A stretch of DNA of 63,892 nt, the filler included, from Reclinomonas americana ATCC 50394 (taxonomy: Eukaryota), in the NCBI GenBank assembly GCA_048213135.1. It is 5 parts of 3 records of this genome, joined end to end, with 100 filler letters (N's around TTAATTAATTAA, not from the genome) between each part and the next. Parts side by side here need not be neighbours in the genome. Positions count along the whole stretch, not along the records: positions 38,225 to 59,161 come from PS015311.1; positions 59,262 to 62,461 come from PS015317.1; 3 more parts are not named here. One strand, 5' to 3'. Of the stretch, positions 49,630 to 59,416 are shown piece by piece (position 1 is the stretch's first letter; every line of letters begins with the position of its first letter). The translations under genes were made by a program, and so were the position numbers. The notes below the pieces were generated by a model. That model was not told the DNA's origin. It searched no databases and saw only the letters and a program-made list of their open reading frames with translations.

Positions 49630-51055
49630 CACGCATCGCAACTCTTGCTGGTGGTCTCCACAGTCTCGTAGCGCGGATCCGGACAGTGGCTGCCACTGAC
49701 CGCCGGCGGAGCACGCTGCACTCTCGGCAGCGTCGACGATGGCATGCTCGACTTGTACGATCGCCACGTGTCCATGGGGTTGGCGCTGTCCCGATTGTTG
49801 GGCGACGGCACCGCAGACGGCGACGACGGCGACGAGGGTGACATGGAGGAGCCGGTAACGCCAAATTCCAGCGACCGATGTCGAGTGAGGTGCGGTGTCG
49901 CTCCGAAATCCGAGCCCAGCTGCGAGTGCTTGGCCGTCTCCTTCTCCCGGATGAAGAGGAGATCGGCGTCGGAGAGGGAGAAGCGGTGACTGGCGGATTG
50001 ACTCCTGCGATGTTGGCAAAAGGGGGGTGATGAGGAGAAGGATGGTACAGAGGCGCACTGAGATTGGCATGGAGAGATGAAGAGAGAGATAAAGAGAGAG
50101 AGAGCACGCTGTGAGGGAGAGTGTGCGACGAGCGATGGAGGGGCTCTTCCAGCAATTCGTCTCATCTCAAACAGCTTCTTCTGCAGCAGGCATTGGCTCC
50201 TCCTTCCTGCTCAGAGACCTGCTTGCACCCCCCATCATACCGACAACCACGAACGAGCCACGCTCATGCAGTGGGTCGACATACTCACCGACATGCAGTA
50301 CATTCGAGTCCACTGCACGCTCTCCCTTCTATAACTGTCAAAGAGTGCCTTGTGCGTTCCTCCCCAGTGCGTTCACGTGACTGCTCCTCTTCTTCTGTCA
50401 CATAGTGACCCCATCCAGCTGCATGTTCCTCTACGGTGCGTTAACATGATTGCTCACTCTTTCTGTTTCCTCGTATGCCCTTCTTCAACTGTCAAGTAGT
50501 GACCGTATCCAGCTGCGTGTCCTTCTCTGGCGTTTATATCATTGCGAACTCTTCCGCTTCATCTGCTTCCTCGTATGTCTCGCTTCCCTTGTCTCTCATA
50601 CGGCTACTCCTTCTGCAGCCACATGACTCCCCTCCTCTCCTTCTCCTCTCCCTCCCCCCTCTCCTCTCCCTCTCCTCCCTTTCCACCTAACCTCCCACAA
50701 CTCAACTTGAGCGTATGCGAGAACTCCTCTCGCGCCGACGAGCTCGCCAGTCGCGCACTGCGGCTTGCACCACGCTGCAAATCACCCGGCAACAACTCCG
50801 TGAACCCAATTCGATTGAGCGAGGTCGGCGAGCGTGCCGACATGGACGAGGCCAGCATCCGCGACTGCGCCATCGGATCCATCTTGGGCGCACTCGAGTC
50901 CTCACTAGCACGCCGCCGTTGATGACGATGATGACGATGACTGCTCCCATGCGAAGGCGCCGGCGGAGGCGACGGTTGCGGTATCGTGGTGATCTTTTGC
51001 GGGTCGCGGTCCATCATTCGCGCCTCTGCCAGCTGCTCGTCCAATTCGCGCTGCA
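49370..51055 (-). CDS. 3' part of a Ser-rich protein ending in an SPMIP1/ATP6V1FNB-like ciliary motif
   Basis: Exons 50707-51055, 49643-50004, 49470-49557, 49370-49394 give ...PDPRYETVETTSKMIGWG...KHGLRNVVKDNWIRSHGY; all three introns use GTTG(A/C)G donors. Confidence 0.55.
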
Positions 51056-51737
51056 ANNNNNNNNNNNNNNNNNNNNNNNNNNNNNNNNNNNNNNNNNNNN
51101 NNNNNNNNNNNNNNNNNNNNNNNNNNNNNNNNNNNNNNNNNNNNNNNNNNNNNNNNNNNNNNNNNNNNNNNNNNNNNNNNNNNNNNNNNNNNNNNNNNNN
51201 NNNNNNNNNNNNNNNNNNNNNNNNNNNNNNNNNNNNNNNNNNNNNNNNNNNNNNNNNNNNNAGTTTTCAGTCAAAGCAAAAAAAGGGAGACTATTTCTCC
51301 GCGTTGTTGCTGCCTCGCTGCGTTGAAGGTGTTCACGTGCGTAGACTGTGTGCGTGTGTCGGAGGCAGAGAGACACGCACAACAACGCGCGCGTGAGAAT
51401 CGATACGGATTGAGAGCTGCGCGCAGGACATCGGCGACGTCGCGAGGCTGCAAGCGAGGCGCTGGCGGAGGTGAGCAGAGAGGCATGTGTACTAGACATG
51501 AATGCACAGGTGCGGCGGTCGACTGCTCTATAAACGCGCCTTCTACGTCACCACAGCGTCGTGTCCTGTTCGCAACACACTTCACGACACCGCCCTGCTT
51601 GCAAAAATCATGGCAACTGTGTGGAGGCTGTTGCGCACATGCTTGCCATGCCTATGACGATCAGCGCGGCGTTGGCAGACTCGTTGTTGACGTTCTGTCG
51701 CGCAGGACATTTTCTAATAATCACAATTAAATTGAAA

Positions 51738-52288
51738 ATGGTGCACGCGATTGAGAGCACTGACGAGCTGCGCATTCTCGGCACTGCAGCCAACCTTGTT
51801 GTCGTTTCGTGTGCACGCGTGCGCTCTTTTTTTCACACTCTGTGCGCTCAACTTCGATATTTTATTTTGCGCGCGCACAGCTTGACTTTTTCTCGCTGGT
51901 GAGACACGCGCATTGTCTGTCTTTGTGCGCACATGTGTGGTGGTGACTCACCCATGAGTGTGGCCTGCAGGAGTGTGGTCCGTGTGTGGCCAGTGCGCCT
52001 GCGGTGCAAGCGCTCTCGGAGGAATTCCACGACGTGACGTTTTTGAAGATCGACACTGACAAGTTTGCCGACTATTGTGAGCGTGCAGGTGTCAGCATGA
52101 CTCCAGTTGCGCACATAGGAAAGAGAGAGAGAAATGGAAGACTCTCTCTTGTCGGTGTAATAATGATGTTAATTGATTGTACTGTGCGCAACTAGGTGTT
52201 TATGATGTTCAAGCATCAGAAGAAGGTGGCGACGGTGGAGGGCGCCAACATGGACGCGGTGCGCGAGATGATTGTCAAGTACAAGTGA
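51738..52288 (+). CDS. thioredoxin (active site ECGPC)
   Basis: MVHAIESTDEL..NLVV|LDFFSL|ECGPC..APAVQALSEEFHDVTFLKIDTD..GVSMTP|VFMMFKHQKKVATVEGAN; introns 51804-51880, 51899-51970, 52106-52195. Confidence 0.9.
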
Positions 52289-52406
52289 GCTCGCGCATCA
52301 CGGTGAAGTGTGTGAAACCAGCGCTGGTTGTTCAGTGAAAAACGAGCTCTCGTAAGCAACATACACTCCGTCACACCAAAATCTATCTCTCTCCCTTCCA
52401 ACCAGT

Positions 52407-53108
52407 TTAGAAGATGAACGGGAAGATGACCTTGCGACGCAGGCTGCGGTACTCGGGGAACTCCGACAGGTAGCGCTTGTGCTTGTCGACGGCCCACTTG
52501 GTCATGATGGAGGCGCCGGCGACCGTGAAGACCAGAGCTGGAAAGGGGAAGGGAAAGGGGGAAGTAGGTTAGCAAAGAGCATAGAGGGATGATGATAAAA
52601 GAGGCATGCAGCGAGAAGTGGCATGCACGCACAAAGTCTCCCTCGCAGTCTCTCTCTCTCTCTCCCTCTATATATCTCAACAGCAAGTGGAAGGCATCAA
52701 GGAGGATTGAGTAAGCAGTGACATGAATTTCCTCACTCTCAGCGCCGGCTTCCTCTCCATGGCTGGCCAAAGGAACGAAAGGGAAAGAACAAACAAAGAC
52801 AAGAATACGCTCGCATATTCGCGAGTGGATTAACAGAGGAAGAGGTGAAACGGAGAAAGGAAAAGCGGTAGAGAGAGAAAGAGCCAAAAGACGGTAAGAG
52901 AGAAAAAAGAAAGAGGTAAAGACTGATGTCACAGGCTTCGCACCCCCACCCTTACATGCCTTATATATGAGGTCTCCCATTGCAAGGGTCAAGGGTAACG
53001 GGTTAAGGATCATGTACCCGAGGGTCAAGAGCAAAGGGTCAAGGATCAAAGCAAGGAAACGCATATATGGGAGTGTGCGAAGCACGTAACACTGAGTGGA
53101 TGAACAGA

Positions 53109-53165
<57 letters not shown>

Positions 53166-53507
53166 AGAGACAACAACGAGAGGAGGACGACGAAGGGAAA
53201 GGGAAAGGAACGAAGACGTAAGTAGGTAGTACGACTAACTAACCAACCGACGTACTACTTTCCGTTCCGTTCTNNNNNNNNNNNNNNNNNNNNNNNNNNN
53301 NNNNNNNNNNNNNNNNNNNNNNNNNNNNNNNNNNNNNNNNNNNNNNNNNNNNNNNNNNNNNNNNNNNNNNNNNNNNNNNNNNNNNNNNNNNNNNNNNNNN
53401 NNNNNNNNNNNNNNNNNNNNNNNNNNNNNNNNNNNNNNNNNNNNNNNNNNNNNNNNNNNNNNNNNNNNNNNNNNNNNNNNNNNNNNNNNNNNNNNNNNNN
53501 NNNNNNN

Positions 53508-53567
<60 letters not shown>

Positions 53568-55100
53568 AAGAGGCAACAAACTGAGAGGCACAGGAAGGGA
53601 AGAACAGCAATGGATGCATACACCAGCATTCTCTCGTCTCAGTGCTTGTCTCGCGTCGAAGGCATGAAGAGAGAATACCAAGCGTGACATGCCCACGCCC
53701 TCGATCACTCTCAGTCTCGACGACCGCACTTAATCTCCTCATTCTTCTCCACGAGTTGCTCTTCCCTCGCTCTCCCTTCCCCATCACCCCTATCCCTTCC
53801 CCCATCACCCCCCTCACCGTAGAACGAGTTGAACGCCAAGGTGAACGCAACCCACGCCAAAATCTCAAACGTGTAGTTCGGCACCGACACATAATCAAAG
53901 AGGAAGCCGCGCGGGATCTTGCGCACGCGGGTGCCGGCCGGTCGCAGATTCTTCAGCATCACGTGGCACACGCCGTTGCCGATCTCGGCCGCCACAAACA
54001 CCGCCACAAAGAACCACGTCTGCGCCGAGTTGGCCGGCGCCGTGAACAGCGGGTGCGACACCGTGTAGCCAATCAGCGCGCCAAACAACCAGTAGTACCA
54101 GCTGTTGAGGATGAGCTTGATCCACGGCATCGTGGCGTTGGAGAAGGCGTGCAGGAACACCGACTCGGCCACACGCTTCGCAAAGTGGCCAATGAAGCAC
54201 GCCGCGGCCACCAGCTGCACCAGCGACAGCGCCGGCGCGGTGGCACCATACACGAGGTGGCGCACGAATGGCACAAAGGCAAACAGCGCAAACAGCACCG
54301 GCGGTCCAAAGTACTCGACCACAAACACCACGCGCCACGGCACCTGCATCGGCAGGTACTTGAACTGCACCACGTGTCGCTCGCCGACTGCCAGCGTCTC
54401 CGCAAACGGCTTCAGCTTGTCCAGCGTCTTGGGCTTGCTGCCGTCGTCCGGTCGCGGGAAGCTAAAGTACACGCGGGAGGTGTCGCTAAAGTGCTTGTCT
54501 GTGAAAGGGAAAAGGGGGAAAGGGAAGAAAGGGGGAAGGGAGGAAAGGGAGGGTGAGAGAGGCGAAATGAAATGAAAGTGCAATCATAGTCCTGGCTCTG
54601 CTCTGCGCTGCAGTGCCTCTCCCCTTCTCTCTCACACACTCACTCACTCTCTCTCCCTCTCACCCACAGAGAAGAGAGCGAAGAGACAGATGATAGGAAG
54701 AAATGCAAACATTGCTCTTCAGTGCCTCTCTATCTCTCTCCTATCTCTCCCTCTCTCTCTCTCCNNNNNNNNNNNNNNNNNNNNCTCTCTCTCTCTCCCT
54801 CCTCTCTCTCTCTCTCACCCTCACACACTTGTCATGCACACTGCAAATCGGATAAACTATTTCCACATGCACAAAAAACGCAACTCGCACGCGCAAACGA
54901 CGAGCGCAGGTCATCATAATCCGTCACAGTGTACTCGCCAAGCTGCTTGTTCTTCCTAAACTCACAAACAAACAAACAAAGAGTGAGCGCGTGATGTGAA
55001 TGTCCATGACACACAAAAACACACACACAAAAACGCGCAGAAGAACGTGCACTCACCGATCAACCACCGCAAAGCGCACTGGTGTTCCCTTGGACGCCAT
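52407..55100 (-). CDS. TECR: very-long-chain trans-2-enoyl-CoA reductase (TECR/Tsc13, steroid 5-alpha-reductase family)
   Basis: FKYLPMQVPWRVVFVVEYFGP, HFAKRVAESVFLHAFSNATMP, HVMLKNLRP, IPRGFLFDYVSVPNYTFEILAW, WAVDKHKRYLSEFPEY..RKVIFPFIF*; ATG 55100. Confidence 0.9.
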
Positions 55101-55267
55101 CTCACTCACACACGCACGCACACACGAAAAGATCAAGTCGACATCGACCCTCCGTGGAGCAGTCGACGAAATGAAACTCCGAATTCCACATCACTTTTTT
55201 GTGTTTTTTTGGCCTCTCGAGACTTTGCTCTCCACACGCACGCTCGCATCAAAGCCCATACACAACC

Positions 55268-57340
55268 ATGCAACGATTGAACAAGGTGAGAGGGCACAAA
55301 CCGCGCGCGTGCGTTGGCTATTTTAGTCGAGCATTTCTCTGTCTCTCTGACACACACACGCGCCCACACACACGCGCGCTCTTCTCTGCATGCACACACT
55401 CTTGCACTTCCGTGTATGCGCCTCCTTTAATGCGCACATGCAAAAAGTGGGAGTCGCCTTTTTATGGAAACTCACACTCTTCTTTGTGTGTGTGTTGCTC
55501 TCTGTTTGTGTGTGTCTCTCTCTCTCTGTTAATAGGAAGTGCGCGAGTTGGCGGCGAGGGAACCCGACCGCATCAGCTTGAATCCGGAGGATGAGTCGTC
55601 GCCCTTTGTGTGGGTGGGCACAGTGGAGGGCCAAGTTGAGTCTCTCTCTCTCTCTCTCTCACACTTGCTCATGACTTTGTGCGTGACTGTCTCTCTCACT
55701 CACTTGCATTCTGTGACAGCCGGGAACTCCGTGGGAGAATGGTGTGTTCTTTGTGAGAATCGAGGTGCCGAGGGACTACCCGCAGCGGCCTCCAAAGGTA
55801 CACGCACACACACAACACACTAGCACACACATGAGAGAGAGCTACATGCGCACACGTACAACAGCAACCTTGTGTGAGCGAGTCGCATCGTCCGGCCTGA
55901 TTTTAGAGAGACTGACTGACACTTCTGTTTTTTTGTGTGTGCAGATCAAGTTCACCACGAAGGTGTATCACCCGTTGGTGACGGAGGAGGGCGAGGCGTG
56001 CTTGCCGCTCATTAAGGACGAGTGGTCTCCGGCCACCAAGTTGATTGATGGTTTGTTTGTGGTGCTGTGTGGACGGTTGTGGACGTTGAGGAAGGGAGGG
56101 GGTGTTTTCTTGCTTCTGCGTCGTCGCATTGAGGATGTGGATGTGGGTGTGTGGGAGATGAGTTCATGTGTCGGGGTGACTAGAGTGCTTGCATGTAGAT
56201 GTGCTTTTCCATGGGAAAGAATGATGTGACCGAAGACGGAGGGTGTATGCGCAGCGAGTATGTGAGGCACAGCTGATTGCAGGATTCAGCGCGCTTCTCT
56301 CGCTGTGTCCCTGTTTCCCTCCCTCTCTCACTCCTCTCTTTCCTCCTGCTTTCTTTCTTCACTCTGTGTGTGTGCGTCTGTGCTTCTCTACTCGAGATGG
56401 CCATCCTTGCTTCATGTTTCCTGTTGCGGTCCGTTCTCTCGCTGTGCCCTCATTTCTCTACGGGTGCCCGCTTCTGTCCCCTGCTGTTGTCCTCTCTATG
56501 CTCCTGCTTTCGCTCTTCTCTCTCTCTCTCTCTTCTCTGTGTGTGTGTGTGTGTCTGTATCTCTATTTGCCTCTCTTCTCGTGATGGCCGTCCTTCATGT
56601 TTCGTGCTTGCTCTTTGCCTCTCTTTTCATTTGATCACAGACTCACACGCACACTCTCCATCTCTCAGTGCGCCCGCTTCTTTTCCCTGCTGTCTTCTCT
56701 TTCATGCTGCTTCCGTTCTTTCCCTGTGTTTGTGTGTGTCTTTCTCTCTCGTGATGTCCATCATGTTTCCTGCTGCGGATTGTTATCTCATATCTCTTCA
56801 TGCGCACTCTCTCCATCACTGTCTCGCGCGCACACACACATACATTATGCGTCCGCCGCTCTATCCTGCTGCTTCCGTTCTTTCCTGTGCTTGTGTCTGT
56901 CTTTCTCTCTCGTGGTGCCCATCCTTACTTTATGTCTCCAGCTGCGGATTGTTGTCGCGTACACGCTCTCCATCTCTGTCTCGCGCGTGCACCTCTCTTT
57001 CCTGCTGCTTCCGTCCTACTCTTCTGTGCTTGTGTGTGTCTGTACATCTCGTTTTCCTGCTCCATGCTATTCTCTCGCCGTGACCCTTTGCTCTCTCTCT
57101 CTCTTTTACTCTCCCTCTCCCTCTCCCTCTCTTTTGCTCCCCCTCTTCCCCTCTTCCCCCCTCTCCCCCTTCGCCCTCATCGCCCTCCCCCTTTTCACAG
57201 TGATGACGGCCATCGACCTGCTGATCCACGAGCCCGACATCAACTCGCCGCTGCGCGCCGACGTGGCCGAGGAGTACTCGTCGGACCGCGAGACCTACAA
57301 CCGCAAGGTCCGCGATTATGTGGAGAAGTACGCCTCGTAA
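55268..57340 (+). CDS. ubiquitin-conjugating enzyme E2 (UBE2L3-like features; HPL in place of HPN)
   Basis: [73 protein letters not shown]..KYAS*; 4 introns. Confidence 0.9.
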
Positions 57341-57788
57341 CGAGGCACCCGACGGAGACAGTGATTTGCCGCCCACTCATCCCCTCCCGTGCACGCGGAG
57401 GGAGGAGGCAGCGGCGATTGCTGGATCCGGCAAACAGAAACCAACTTGTAGTTCTTTCTCGGCTTCCGATTGAATGAAAGGAGAGAAACATCTATAGGCA
57501 ACTGCAGTGAGGCCAGGTCAAGGACTGAAGGCCTTTCCGAATTTTACTGTGGGTTCCACTCGTTCTGTCCTCACTTGCGCTGTTCAATAAGAAGCGCTGA
57601 GATGCGTGGGCCTTCTAGCTTCGTCCTCGCCTGCACTGTTCCGCAAGAAGCGAGCTCGAGCGTAGCCGACGATTGCTTCCGTGTGTTGCCGTCCCGTGTC
57701 CACTGATCGAAACCTGTCCACTCTCGCCCATGAAAGGAGCGGCGCGACGATCCACAGCTGTCCTGTCCGCTGATCCACTCCTGTCCAC

Positions 57789-58497
57789 ATGAAAGGAGCG
57801 GCGCGATTGCAAGCGGTTGGTTCTCTCCCTCTCTCTCAGTCACAGCCTATGGGGCGCAGCTCTCATCCACACGTGCAGGAGATGCGCGAGCTGGAAGCGA
57901 ATCCAGAGGAGCGCATCGATCTCAATCCCGACGACGAGGCATCGCTGTTTGCTTGGACGGGAACAATAACAGGCAAAGTTGAGGCTGCCACTGTCTCGAT
58001 TCTCACTCTTGTCGCACAGTTATTCACTCACGCGTGTGACAGGAGGGCTCCGTGTACGAGAATGGCGTTTTCTTTGTCAAGCTGGAAATTCCGAGAGACT
58101 ATCCTTTCCACCCTCCCAAGGTCTGTCTCTGGGTGGGTGAGTGCCGACCATCGCTCACATCGTTGCCTCGGCAATGCAGACCACGGTGATGACAAAGATA
58201 TACCACCCGGGCATCAGCGAGGACGGAACAACGTGTCTGTCGATCGACTGTGAGGAGTGGTCTCCGGCCCTCAGATTAATGCACGGTGCGATGCAGGCTT
58301 GTCGCGAGCGTGTGTGACGCGCTATGTGGCTGACACGTTGCGGGATAGTCATGAAGGCGTTGGACGCGTTGATCCACGAGACGGACGAGGCTCTCATCGC
58401 CGAGATGTCCATGCGCCCCGAGATGTCGGCAGAGTTTCTCGCCGATCGGGAGACATTCGATCGCAAAGCCCGAGAGTGGGTGGTAAAGTATGCCTAA
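57789..58497 (+). CDS. second tandem E2 ubiquitin-conjugating enzyme (HPG in place of HPN)
   Basis: [62 protein letters not shown]..KYA*; the same four intron positions as the upstream E2. Confidence 0.9.
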
Positions 58498-58565
58498 TAC
58501 ACGCAGCCAGGCACGCTACGCGGTGGTTTATGGAAGGTGACGGGCGAACACCCGAGTGCGGCAAG

Positions 58566-58571
58566 AATAAA
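58566..58571 (+). promoter_or_regulatory. candidate polyadenylation signal of the second E2 gene
   Basis: AATAAA about 70 nt after the TAA at 58497. Confidence 0.35.
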
Positions 58572-58683
58572 TCAAGGGCTGTGTCGACGCAGTGAGGCCA
58601 GTGACTGCCTGCTTCCCACTCCCAGAAACTCAAGAGAGGGAAAGAGCTTCTCGCTGCACGTGATCAGGTCTTCGACACAAAAC

Positions 58684-59085
58684 AGCTGTGGTTCCACAGT
58701 CGTTTCCTCAACAGCGACCAGGAAGACAACAATCGCTCGCCATCGGCTCCCCGTCCCCAGAGCTTCGACACACTTCACCAGCTGTGGTTCCACGATCATT
58801 ACTCCCACCTGGCTGGTTCCACAAACGCATGGATACCAGCGACCAGGAAGAGAACAATCGCAGCAAACAATCCTCTTCCCAAGTGGCGAAGCGCTTCGAC
58901 GAGAACAGCAGCTGTGATTCCACAATCGATTCCCGCCTGAGACCAGCGACCGCCTTCTCAGCTGCACAAAGCCTTGTGCTCCCCATGTCGAGTGGCGAAC
59001 ACCAGCTGTGATTCCACAATCAGAGGCCAGCATGCAGGAGGAGAGCACCGATCGCCTCCTCCTCACCCCGAGTGGCAGCTGTTGG
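58684..59085. repeat. spaced imperfect direct repeats CAGCTGTG(G/A)TTCCAC
   Basis: Copies at about 58684, 58779, 58909 and 59003; partial copies near 58812 and 59077. Confidence 0.7.
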
Positions 59086-59161
59086 ACAAGGACCATCCCT
59101 TCCCCAGCTGAGAAGAGCGTACTGCCTCTGCCGTTCTGCGCTGGAGAAGCAACCCTGTCGC

Positions 59162-59261
59162 NNNNNNNNNNNNNNNNNNNNNNNNNNNNNNNNNNNNNNN
59201 NNNNNTTAATTAATTAANNNNNNNNNNNNNNNNNNNNNNNNNNNNNNNNNNNNNNNNNNNN
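59162..59261. other. artificial contig-join linker
   Basis: TTAATTAATTAA at 59206-59217 flanked by N-runs. Confidence 0.95.
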
Positions 59262-59416
59262 GAGAGAGAGAGAGGAAGGAAATGACACTGAGCAAGGTGC
59301 AGAGAGAGAGGATAAAACGAAGTGAAACAGAGAAAATGCACACAAAGGATACTGCGTGTAAAACTGCGACTATTCTCTCCCTGCCTCCCCCTTCTCCCCT
59401 CTCGCCCTTCACCAAC

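Noticed and set aside
55634..55720. Reading the shifted donors as non-canonical G|TT introns
   Set aside because: Cutting after the G would also require moving the acceptor off AG to keep frame; GT-AG boundaries explain all cases
58684..59020. Possible CRISPR-like array
   Set aside because: Repeat too short and imperfect, spacers uneven and partly similar, eukaryotic context, no cas genes
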